Assembly: GCA_043823315.1 (NCBI GenBank)
Contig: JBDRAU010000029.1
Span: 1-33,090, forward strand
Source: a bacterium
GTDB taxonomy: Bacteria > Patescibacteriota > UBA1384 > DTJR01
Reading direction: 5' to 3'
DNA: 33,090 nucleotides
Positions 1 to 8,378 of this stretch are shown here, piece by piece. Under the pieces are notes generated by a model. That model saw nothing but the letters and a program-made list of their open reading frames with translations. It was not told the origin of the DNA and made no database searches. The position numbers and the translations under genes were made by a program. Numbering within the stretch: the first letter of the stretch is position 1; the number at the start of each line of letters is the position of its first letter.

Positions 1-105
1 GACCATGATGACAAAAGATGCGGAAGGGAGTTTGAAACTTCTTATTCTCTGGAACAACCCGAAAAAGTCTATTGTGAGCAATGTTATTGGTGGGAGGAGA
101 AATGA
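1..105 (+). CDS. C-terminal end (5'-truncated by window) of a further Cys-rich paralog
   Basis: Frame 1 reads DHDDKRCGREFETSYSLEQPEKVYCEQCYWWEEK*, matching the C-terminal C..EFETTY.P...E.VYCE.CY motif of the three downstream paralogs; not in the ORF track. Confidence 0.85.
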   Translation, partial: DHDDKRCGREFETSYSLEQPEKVYCEQCYWWEEK

Positions 106-512
106 TAGCTTACAAAACAAAAGCTATCAAAACTTCAGGATCTAATTTAGGAGAGGTTTACAAATCGGCCAAAAAGATTTTCAATATTATTGAAAAGTCC
201 ACCAAGAGACAGCCTTATTTAAGAAGCGCGTACTTTAAAAAGGAAAAGATATTCTTCGACTATTTCTGGAAACATTTGGGGCAGAAGGGACCAAAGGAAC
301 GCTTTAAAAGATTGAAATATTTTCAACCAGCGCTTGAACTGATTAAATATTCAAGAAACGATCCTACGGTTAAAACTAATCCAAACAATAAAAACGAAAC
401 GCTATATCGCTTTGCAGGATCCACTAAATTAAACGAGTTATTTATTGTCCAAATCAAAGAAGATAAAAAAGCTAAGAAAAAATACTTTATGTCGTGTTTT
501 CAGGTAGAATAA
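102..512 (+). CDS. Small basic hypothetical protein (136 aa), possibly a RelE/BECR-like nuclease
   Basis: ATG at 102 overlaps upstream TGA (ATGA) and follows GGAGGAG; Lys/Arg-rich with beta-strand-like C-terminus (LYRFAG, LFIVQIKE, KYFMSCF); fold is inference. Confidence 0.7.
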   Translation: MIAYKTKAIKTSGSNLGEVYKSAKKIFNIIEKSTKRQPYLRSAYFKKEKIFFDYFWKHLGQKGPKERFKRLKYFQPALELIKYSRNDPTVKTNPNNKNETLYRFAGSTKLNELFIVQIKEDKKAKKKYFMSCFQVE

Positions 513-562
513 AAGAATCCTCCGCCGATGTGAAGTTTGGAAACTTCTGGCCGAGGATCTTA
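510..562 (-). ncRNA. Putative ~50-nt hairpin small RNA convergent with the 102..512 gene
   Basis: Minus strand AAGAUCCUCGGCCAGAAGUUUCCAAACUUCACAUCGGCGGAGGAUUCUUUUA folds into one interrupted stem followed by a U run, starting ~7 nt after a consensus -10. Confidence 0.5.
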
Positions 563-568
563 AGTAAA

Positions 569-596
569 ATTATACCTAAAAAATAGAATTTGTCAA
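569..596 (-). promoter_or_regulatory. Perfect-consensus sigma70 promoter on minus strand
   Basis: TTGACA (596-591), 16-bp spacer, TATAAT (574-569). Confidence 0.7.
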
Positions 597-603
597 GATC
601 AAT

Positions 604-2325
604 ATGGAAAACAAATCCTGTAAACAGTGCAATACAGAGTTCGCGATCACTGATACTGATTTAGCGTTCTATAAAAAAATCAGCCCTACATTTGATGAAA
701 AGACTTTTGAAATTCCAGTTCCGACCTTATGTCCCCAGTGTCGAAGACAAAGACGAATTGCGTGGAGAAATGTCGGCAAAATTTATAATCGAAAGAGTGA
801 TTTGTCTGGAAAGCCAATCGTCTCTTGTTTTGCGCCTAACTCGAAGTTCAAAGTGTGGCATCTTAATGAGTGGCTAAGCGATGAATTAGATCCATATAAA
901 TTTGGGCGTGATTTTGATTTTTCAAGACCGTTCTTTGATCAATTATTTGAACTTGAAAAAAATGTTCCTCTACCGCACATGAATTCCGCTCGAAACGAGA
1001 ATAGCGAATATATCAATAATTCATCTGATTGTAAAAATTGTTATCTGATTGAAAATTCCACAGAAGCTGAGGATTCGCTCTATAGTTTGGGATTATTTTA
1101 CTCAAAAGACTGCGTTGATTGCTTTAAGGCCTACGAGTGTGAAAATTGTTACGAGTGCGTCAATATCGAGAAATGCTACGGTTGTTATTATTGCAAAGAT
1201 ACCTTTAATAGCTCGGAATCACTTTTGCTTGAAGATTGTTCCGGTTGTAAAAATTGCTATGGCTGTAGTAATTTATCAAATAAACAATATTGGATTTTCA
1301 ACGAACAAAGGACGAAGGAAGAATTTAAAAAAGTAAAAAACGATTTTTTCGCCGCAACTCCTAGTGAACGCTGGCAGTTAATTAAGAAAGCTCATAAACA
1401 TTCCGTAAAGTTTCCTAAAAAATTTGCTCACGCTTCATCCAATGAAAATTCCAATGGGGATTATGTATTTCATAGTAAAAATTCGGACGGTTTTTTTCTT
1501 GATAACTGCGAGGACGTAAGAAACTCCACTAATCTAAGCCATTGCAAAGACTTTTATGATGTGGACTACTGGGGAGATCATAGTGAGGTTTGTTATGAGA
1601 GTGCTGAAATAGGAACGAAAACTCACAATGTCTTATTTTCCCGAAAATGTCACGGTAATATAAAAAATATTTATTATTCTCTGGATTGTTGCTTTGGATC
1701 TCATGATCTCTTTAGTTGCTGCGGTATAAAACATGGTGAGTATTCCATTCTAAACAAAAAATACACAAAAGAAGAATATGAGAAGCTGGTGGCGAAAATT
1801 ATCGAATATATGCAGAAGACTGGTGAATGGGGAGAGTTTTTTCCATTCAAGATGAGCCAGTTTGCTTACAATGAGACATCGGCCATGGATTATTTTCCAC
1901 TTGGCAAAGAAGAAGTGATTAAACTTGGCTCTTATTGGCAGGATGAAAATTCTGATCAGAAATTCAACGGCTCACCCTATGAGCCGTTGGACATTTCAGA
2001 GTATTCAAAAAGTGACAAAACGCAGGAACTACTCGGTGCGGTGCTGGTTTGTAAGGAATCGGGGCGACCTTATAAAATCCAACCGCAGGAGCTGGCATAT
2101 TACTTGAAACATCATTTGCAGATTCCTTTATTTCATCCTGATATTCGATATCAAAATCGTTTCAAACAAGTTAACCCATTAAAGACTTGGCATCGAAGAT
2201 GTGACTGCACCGAGCAGAATCATGGACATTCAGGCCGCTGTCAGGTAGAATTCGAAACAACATATTCGCCAGACAGGCCAGAGAGGGTGTATTGTGAAAG
2301 TTGCTATCAAAAGGTGATTATATGA
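604..2325 (+). CDS. Cys-rich CPR-type protein of unknown function (Zn-ribbon-like termini, CxxCxxC repeat core), paralog 2
   Basis: 573-aa ORF with CxxC pairs, GRDFDFSRPFF, GEWGEFFP and VYCESCYQK motifs shared with neighbours. Confidence 0.9.
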   Translation: MENKSCKQCNTEFAITDTDLAFYKKISPTFDEKTFEIPVPTLCPQCRRQRRIAWRNVGKIYNRKSDLSGKPIVSCFAPNSKFKVWHLNEWLSDELDPYKFGRDFDFSRPFFDQLFELEKNVPLPHMNSARNENSEYINNSSDCKNCYLIENSTEAEDSLYSLGLFYSKDCVDCFKAYECENCYECVNIEKCYGCYYCKDTFNSSESLLLEDCSGCKNCYGCSNLSNKQYWIFNEQRTKEEFKKVKNDFFAATPSERWQLIKKAHKHSVKFPKKFAHASSNENSNGDYVFHSKNSDGFFLDNCEDVRNSTNLSHCKDFYDVDYWGDHSEVCYESAEIGTKTHNVLFSRKCHGNIKNIYYSLDCCFGSHDLFSCCGIKHGEYSILNKKYTKEEYEKLVAKIIEYMQKTGEWGEFFPFKMSQFAYNETSAMDYFPLGKEEVIKLGSYWQDENSDQKFNGSPYEPLDISEYSKSDKTQELLGAVLVCKESGRPYKIQPQELAYYLKHHLQIPLFHPDIRYQNRFKQVNPLKTWHRRCDCTEQNHGHSGRCQVEFETTYSPDRPERVYCESCYQKVII

Positions 2326-3974
2326 GTAAAAAATGTTTAAGTTGTGATGTAAAATTTGATCTTACTAAGCAAGAATTAAGTCTTCTTAAGAAAATGGATT
2401 TGCCAGAGCCGAAACTCTGTCCAACATGTCGTTCACAGAGACGATGGGTGATGAGAAACCAAAGTAAGCTTTTCAAAAGAAAATGTGATTTCACTGGCAA
2501 GGAAATAGTTTCACTCTATACGCCAGACTCAAAGCACAAAGTATATAAAGAAGATATTTGGTGGTCCGATAAATGGGATGCGATGGACTATGGCCGTGAT
2601 TTTGATTTTTCAAGACCTTTCTTTGAACAGTTTAAAGAGCTTCAACTTGATGTACCCCGCAGAGGAATGCATCAAGATGGAACAAGCGAAAACTGCGAAT
2701 ACACAACTTTTGGGATGAACAATAAAGATTGTTATTTGGCCTTCGCGTGTTTTGGATGTGAAAATGTTTACTATTCTACTTGGGCCATGATGTCGCGCGA
2801 ATCAATTGATTGTCTGCTTCCAATGAATAGTGAACTTGTTTATGAATGCATACATTGTCTGAACTCGTACAAGTGTTTCTATTGCAAAAACTGTAATCAA
2901 TGTACGGAGTGTTATTTGATTGAGGATTGTAATAATTGTCAAAATTGTATTGGTTGTAAAAATTTGGCCAATAAAAAGTATTATATTTATAATAAAAAAT
3001 CCACAAAAGAAGAATATGAAAAATTGAAAGATAGAATTGAAAAAGATGGGTTTAAAGATGAAAAGGAAAAATTTGATAAATGGAAGTTAACTCAGCCGAC
3101 CCGTTATGCGCATATTATAAACAGTCAGAATTGCGATGGTGATTATATTTATAATGGAAAGAATTGCCATAATTGTTTTGGAGTTTTGGCGCAAGGTGCA
3201 GAAGACAGCTGTAATTGTCATATGACCGGAGCTCAAGCTAAGGAAGTCATGGACTGTAATATGTCGGGGGCGGGATCGGAACTGATCTACGAAATGCAAG
3301 CAACAACAGCAGGATACATGAGTGCATTCGTGAATTTCTGCAAGTTCTCAAAATACGTTTACTATTGTGATTCGATAAGTAATTGTGAGAATTGTTTTGG
3401 GTGTGTGGGACTCAAAAATCAACAGTTCTGCATCTTTAATAAACAGTATTCGAAAGAAGAGTATAACAAGTTGAAGAACAGAATCATTGATCATATGAAA
3501 AAAACTGGTGAGTGGGGCGAGAACTTTCCATCTACCAATTCTCCGTTTCCATATAACCATACTTTGGCTCAGGATTATTTTCCTCTCGACAAAGCACAAG
3601 CTAGAAAACTCGGATATCCGTGGCATGATGATGAGCAGTCAGTAGTTTCGAAAAAAACTTCTAAAAAACTAGAGAAAAATATTGCCAAAATTAACGAATC
3701 AATTTTGGAGGAAGTTTTAACTTGCGAAAATTGTTCGAAGGATTATAGAATTATTCCTCAGGAATTGCGCCTTTATAAAATCTTGAAGGTAGCTATTCCG
3801 AGTGAATGTCCTGATTGCAGATACAACAGAAAAATGAAAGAATTTTCCAGGACAAAGCTTTATGAAAGAAAATGTATGAACAAAAATTGTGATAATAAAT
3901 TTAAGACAATATATACTCAAAAGGATCCAGAGATTGTTTACTGCGAGAGTTGTTATCAAAAGATCGTCATTTAG
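2322..3974 (+). CDS. Cys-rich protein, paralog 3
   Basis: ATG at 2322 overlaps previous TGA (ATGA); same motif set. Confidence 0.9.
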   Translation: MSKKCLSCDVKFDLTKQELSLLKKMDLPEPKLCPTCRSQRRWVMRNQSKLFKRKCDFTGKEIVSLYTPDSKHKVYKEDIWWSDKWDAMDYGRDFDFSRPFFEQFKELQLDVPRRGMHQDGTSENCEYTTFGMNNKDCYLAFACFGCENVYYSTWAMMSRESIDCLLPMNSELVYECIHCLNSYKCFYCKNCNQCTECYLIEDCNNCQNCIGCKNLANKKYYIYNKKSTKEEYEKLKDRIEKDGFKDEKEKFDKWKLTQPTRYAHIINSQNCDGDYIYNGKNCHNCFGVLAQGAEDSCNCHMTGAQAKEVMDCNMSGAGSELIYEMQATTAGYMSAFVNFCKFSKYVYYCDSISNCENCFGCVGLKNQQFCIFNKQYSKEEYNKLKNRIIDHMKKTGEWGENFPSTNSPFPYNHTLAQDYFPLDKAQARKLGYPWHDDEQSVVSKKTSKKLEKNIAKINESILEEVLTCENCSKDYRIIPQELRLYKILKVAIPSECPDCRYNRKMKEFSRTKLYERKCMNKNCDNKFKTIYTQKDPEIVYCESCYQKIVI

Positions 3975-4006
3975 AATTAAGAATAAAGAATCAGGAATTA
4001 AGAATG
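3972..4006 (+). repeat. 5 x 7-bp degenerate tandem repeat (AAGAATN)
   Basis: TAGAATT AAGAATA AAGAATC AGGAATT AAGAATG, running from the TAG stop to the next ATG. Confidence 0.85.
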
Positions 4007-5737
4007 GTCGAAACGAAAAAATGTAAACAGTGTGAGAAAAAATTTGAGGTTGAAGACAGCGACCTGGAATTTTACAAAAAAATTAGCCCGACATTTGATG
4101 GGAAAATTTTTGATATTCCATCTCCGCAGCTTTGTCCGCAGTGTCGATTGATTAGGAGAATGGTCTGGAGAAATGAAAGGAAGCTTTATAACAATAAATG
4201 TTCGCTCTGCGAAAAAGAAATCGTGTCCGTTTATTCGCTGGACAAGAAATTTAAAGTTATATGCCCAGAATGTTTTTGGTCAGACAAATGGGATCAGCTT
4301 GAAAGCGGCCGCGATTATAATTCTGATAAATCTTTTTTTGAACAATTTAATGATCTCATACACAGTACATATCTCTTAAATCTTTTTTCTACAAATTGTG
4401 AAAACTGTGGCTACTGCAATCAGGAAATCAATAGTGTTGATTCTTATCTTTGTACCGGAGGCAACGACAATAGAAATTGTTTTCATTGTAATAGTTGCAT
4501 CCACGGAAACGACATGACCGACTGCTGGGGAGTTGGGTTTTCCGAAAAAGTTCATAACAGCGTTTTTTCGGTGGCCTGTTTTAATTGCCAATATTTATAT
4601 AACTGCCACATGTGCAAGGACTGTTATTTCTTGAATGACTGCGTTGGGTGCGATCATTGTTTTGGCTCGACAAACCTAAGGTATAAGAAATATTATTTTT
4701 TTAATAAGCGATTAGACAAAGACGAATACTTTAAGAAGATTGAGGAATATCTATATTCCTACGAGGGGATAAAAAAAGCGCAAAAAGAATTCGAGAAACA
4801 CAAACTAAAGTTTCCGTACAAGTATGTGACGGTTATAGCCAGTAAGGAAGATTGTACTGGTGATATCTTGTTGAACTCCAAAAGCGTCAAAGACAGTTAT
4901 TACTGTTATGCGAGTGAGAATGCACGATACGTCTATATAATCGCTAACATGAAAGATGTTATGGATATTTTGTCGACTGGTACAGGAGAGCTTTCGTACG
5001 AAATTGCGTCCTCCACTAAACCCTATGGCAGTGCATTTTTTACCTCCTGTGACCTTGTTCGTAACTCTTACTATTGCTACAACTGCACCAGCAGCAACGA
5101 TCTCTTTGGTTGTGTGAGTTTAAATAAAAAACAGTATTGTATTTTTAACAAGCAATATACAAAAGAGGAATACGAGAAAGAGGTGGCTCGGATTATTACC
5201 AGCATGATAAAGCGTGGTGAATGGGGAGAATTTTTCCCTGCTTCGATTAGCCCATTTGCATACAACGAATCGAACGCGATGGAGCACTTTCCTCTTAAAA
5301 GGGATGAAGCTAAAAAAGAGGGGTTTGATTGGCAGGATAAAGATTATTCGATGAAGTATGATGGGCCATATTATGAACCGAAGGATATAAAGGAATATGA
5401 TGTCGAGCACGATCCAAAAGCTGACAAGGAAATTGAGAAATGCATAAGGGGAATAATCAAGTGCGAAGTGTCGGGAAAGTTGTTTAAAATCATCCCACAA
5501 GAGATGGTCCAATATATTAAAAACAAACTGCAATTACCGCGCAAACATCCGGACGTACGGTACAGGGAGCGGCTCAATATGTTCAACAAGATGAATCTGT
5601 ATCATCGTCAGTGTATGTGCGAAGAAGAAGGTCATGGCCATAACGGGCAATGCAAGGTTGAATTTGAAACAACATTTGAACCGGAGAGGAAAGAAAAGGT
5701 CTATTGTGGGGAATGTTATCAAGGGAGCGTAATATAA
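4004..5737 (+). CDS. Cys-rich protein, paralog 4
   Basis: MVETKKCKQC start aligns with MENKSCKQC of paralog 2; same motifs. Confidence 0.9.
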   Translation: MVETKKCKQCEKKFEVEDSDLEFYKKISPTFDGKIFDIPSPQLCPQCRLIRRMVWRNERKLYNNKCSLCEKEIVSVYSLDKKFKVICPECFWSDKWDQLESGRDYNSDKSFFEQFNDLIHSTYLLNLFSTNCENCGYCNQEINSVDSYLCTGGNDNRNCFHCNSCIHGNDMTDCWGVGFSEKVHNSVFSVACFNCQYLYNCHMCKDCYFLNDCVGCDHCFGSTNLRYKKYYFFNKRLDKDEYFKKIEEYLYSYEGIKKAQKEFEKHKLKFPYKYVTVIASKEDCTGDILLNSKSVKDSYYCYASENARYVYIIANMKDVMDILSTGTGELSYEIASSTKPYGSAFFTSCDLVRNSYYCYNCTSSNDLFGCVSLNKKQYCIFNKQYTKEEYEKEVARIITSMIKRGEWGEFFPASISPFAYNESNAMEHFPLKRDEAKKEGFDWQDKDYSMKYDGPYYEPKDIKEYDVEHDPKADKEIEKCIRGIIKCEVSGKLFKIIPQEMVQYIKNKLQLPRKHPDVRYRERLNMFNKMNLYHRQCMCEEEGHGHNGQCKVEFETTFEPERKEKVYCGECYQGSVI

Positions 5738-5746
5738 ATAACATTT

Positions 5747-5880
5747 TTCATCCTGAGTACATTCGGCAAGCTCAGTATAAACTTAATCGAATGGGCGGGG
5801 ACTGTCCTGAGGGGGACCCTTCGGGTTTATCAAAAGAGTATGGTCTAGATCTCTCCATTCGCGTTGCTTAGTCGAGATGA
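5747..5880. repeat. Degenerate REP-like palindromic cluster
   Basis: CATCCTGAG..TTCGGCAAGCTCAG.., GTCCTGAG and GTCGAGATGA resemble the CCTGAGCTTGTCGAAGG-type repeats seen elsewhere in the window. Confidence 0.5.
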
Positions 5881-5892
5881 TAGGAGTAGATA

Positions 5893-5921
5893 TTGCCGAT
5901 TTAACCTTGAAGTGCTAAGAT
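5893..5921 (+). promoter_or_regulatory. Putative gatC operon promoter
   Basis: TTGCCG-17 bp-TAAGAT with TG extension. Confidence 0.5.
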
Positions 5922-5988
5922 TGAGAAGGAATAAAGATTTCTCGGTTGCACTCTAAACGACAAAGTGCAGGCGGGAAGCAGAGGTTAA

Positions 5989-6354
5989 ATGCTTTCTAAA
6001 GATGAAGTTTTAGCTGTAGCGAAGTTAGCGAGACTGGATCTTAACGAGGATCAGCTTGTTAAATTTCAAAAACAACTTGAAGATATTTTGAAGCTTTTTG
6101 ATGAAGTGAAAAGTATTGATGTTGAAGGGGTCGAAGAGACCTCACAGGTGACGGGACTCAAAAGTGTTACTCGGGAAGATATGGTTAAGTGTGACCCTTC
6201 GACAGATTCGACGGGTTCGACAAACTCACCGCAGGCGGGCTTACTGCAGGCAAGCTCAGGGCAGGCAACTGTGCCATGTGATACAGGCGAACTTCTTCAA
6301 AATGTTCCGATCAAGGACGGCACAAACATTGTAGTTCCGAAGGTAATTAAATGA
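5989..6354 (+). CDS. gatC: Asp/Glu-tRNA amidotransferase subunit C, with ~24-aa repeat-derived insertion
   Basis: VAKLARL, REDMV, IVVPKVI motifs; precedes gatA. Confidence 0.92.
   Translation: MLSKDEVLAVAKLARLDLNEDQLVKFQKQLEDILKLFDEVKSIDVEGVEETSQVTGLKSVTREDMVKCDPSTDSTGSTNSPQAGLLQASSGQATVPCDTGELLQNVPIKDGTNIVVPKVIK
6195..6266 (+). repeat. Triple nested TTCGAC-AAGCTCA-GCAGG element in frame within gatC
   Basis: Three TTCGAC left halves followed by three GCAGG right ends; encodes PSTDSTGSTNSPQAGLLQASSGQA. Confidence 0.8.
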
Positions 6355-6370
6355 AAAACCAAATTATTAT

Positions 6371-6461
6371 TGTCATTCCGCGCTTGACGCGGAATCTAGA
6401 TCCCCGATCCCGCATCAAGTGCGGGACAAGTTGTCGGAATTCTTCCGGCTCGAGGATGACA
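6371..6461. repeat. GTCATTCCG...GGAATC / GGATGAC palindromic element
   Basis: TGTCATTCCGCGCTTGACGCGGAATC...GGATGACA; near-identical arm at 28145-28171. Confidence 0.8.
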
Positions 6462-6483
6462 CGGTAAGTTTAATATAACAAAC

Positions 6484-7956
6484 ATGAAACCGTATCAGCT
6501 AACAATTTCTGAGGCTAGCGAAAAACTCGTAAAAGGCGAGTTAACTTCGGTTGATTTAACAAAGTCAGTGCTAGAGAGAATCGAGTCGGTTGATGATAAA
6601 GTAAAATCTTATATTAATGTCTTTGAAGAAGAGGCGCTTGAAGAAGCAAAAAGATCTGACGAAAGAAGAAAGAGCGGTAAAACAATTGGCGAACTTGATG
6701 GTATTCCAATTGCTCTTAAAGATTTAATCTGTGTTAGGGGTTATGAAACTACCGCCGGATCGAATATTTTAAAGGGATTTATATCTCCATATGATGCAAC
6801 TGTCACAAATAAATTGAAAAAAGCAGGAGCAATAATTATCGGTAAGACCAATCAAGATGCTTTTGCTCACGGATCATCAACGGAGAACTCCGATTTTTTT
6901 ACTACCAAGAATCCTTGGGATCTTGAACGAATTCCCGGAGGTTCTTCCGGAGGTTCGGCTGCCGCAGTTGCGGCCGATGAATGTATCGGGGCGCTTGGTA
7001 CCGATACCGGAGGATCAATTCGTCAGCCAGCCAGCTTATGCGGTGTCGTTGGCCTTAAACCAACCTACGGTCGTGTATCTAGATATGGCGTGATTGCAAT
7101 GGCATCTTCTCTGGATGTTGTCGGGCCTATCACGAAGTCAGTCAAAGATTGTGCAATTATCCTGGAAGCAATCGCCGGAGCTGATGAACTGGACTCCACT
7201 ACTTTGAATGAACCGGTGCCAAAATATTTAACCGAGATGAAGAAAGTGAGCAAACTTAAAGTCGGTATACCCAAGGAGTATTTCGCCAAAGGCACTGACG
7301 AAGATGTTTTAAAAGAGCTTAACAAAGCCATTGATGTATTAAAAAAAGCAGGTGCAGAAATTATTGATATTTCCTTACCTTCTACTGATTATGCAATTTC
7401 ACTTTATTATATTATTCAGCCGGCCGAAGTAAGTTCAAATTTGGCGCGCTATGATGGAATTAAATATGGTTTTTCGACACTGCGTGAAAACCCAGATCAA
7501 TCTCTTAATCAAGTATATTTTTCTTCAAGGGGAAAGGGCTTTGGCGATGAGGCTAAAAGGAGGATAATGCTCGGAACTTATGTTTTGTCAGCCGGCTACT
7601 ATGATGCCTACTATCGCAGAGCGATGAAGCTTAGAACACTGGTTAAAAATGATTTCAATGAAGCGTTTAAAAAAGTTGATGTAATTTTAGGGCCCGTCTC
7701 CCCGACTCCTGCATTTAAAATCGGTGAGAAAACTGATGATCCGATCCAGATGTATTTAAGCGATATTTTTACCGCTCCGATTAACCCGGCTGGTATTCCA
7801 GCGATGTCCCTACCAGTTGGTTTTGTAGAAAGAGACGGTAAAAACTTACCAGTCGGATTGCAAATTATTGCCCCGCAACTTCAGGAGCAGATAATTTTTG
7901 ATACTGCATTCACGATCGAGCAGGAACTTAAATTAGACAGAAAACCGCAATTATGA
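6484..7956 (+). CDS. gatA: Asp/Glu-tRNA amidotransferase subunit A
   Basis: Amidase signature GGSSGGSAAAV, DTGGSIRQPA, KPTYGRVSRYG. Confidence 0.97.
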   Translation: MKPYQLTISEASEKLVKGELTSVDLTKSVLERIESVDDKVKSYINVFEEEALEEAKRSDERRKSGKTIGELDGIPIALKDLICVRGYETTAGSNILKGFISPYDATVTNKLKKAGAIIIGKTNQDAFAHGSSTENSDFFTTKNPWDLERIPGGSSGGSAAAVAADECIGALGTDTGGSIRQPASLCGVVGLKPTYGRVSRYGVIAMASSLDVVGPITKSVKDCAIILEAIAGADELDSTTLNEPVPKYLTEMKKVSKLKVGIPKEYFAKGTDEDVLKELNKAIDVLKKAGAEIIDISLPSTDYAISLYYIIQPAEVSSNLARYDGIKYGFSTLRENPDQSLNQVYFSSRGKGFGDEAKRRIMLGTYVLSAGYYDAYYRRAMKLRTLVKNDFNEAFKKVDVILGPVSPTPAFKIGEKTDDPIQMYLSDIFTAPINPAGIPAMSLPVGFVERDGKNLPVGLQIIAPQLQEQIIFDTAFTIEQELKLDRKPQL

Positions 7957-8378
7957 GTAATAAAAAACAAAACAATCAGGGACCGAACATCCTATCGTTT
8001 CTTGAAAAAGGGGTAGAGGCATTAGTTGGAAAACTTTTTTCCAAAATGAGCTTTTCTGTTTTTCCAGAAGGCGAATTGGAGAGAAGATGGGGCGAGATTG
8101 AGGAACTGGACTCAAAATATTCCGTTATTGAAGCTGATAAGTTAGTTGATACGGTACTAAAGAGAGCGGGACTTCAGGGAGAAAGTATGGCTGATCGTCT
8201 GCGCAGAACGGAAAAACTAATTCCTCGAAGGATCTATCAGGATATGTGGGATGCACATAAACTACGCAACCAGTTAATTCACGAAGATGATTATACTGTC
8301 AATCCGCAGTATTCTGTAGAGGCGATTTGGAAGATGAAGAAGTATCTCATAACACTTGGAGCATTTAAGGATGAATAA
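7953..8378 (+). CDS. Hypothetical helical protein with HEPN-like Rx4H motif
   Basis: EADKLVD near the middle and RNQLIH near the C-terminus; overlaps both gatA stop and gatB start. Confidence 0.75.
   Translation: MSNKKQNNQGPNILSFLEKGVEALVGKLFSKMSFSVFPEGELERRWGEIEELDSKYSVIEADKLVDTVLKRAGLQGESMADRLRRTEKLIPRRIYQDMWDAHKLRNQLIHEDDYTVNPQYSVEAIWKMKKYLITLGAFKDE

Noticed and set aside
1-5737. Diversity-generating retroelement acting on the Cys-rich paralogs
   Set aside because: No reverse transcriptase and no template/variable repeat pair with adenine-specific differences seen; shared DNA is limited to short conserved motifs
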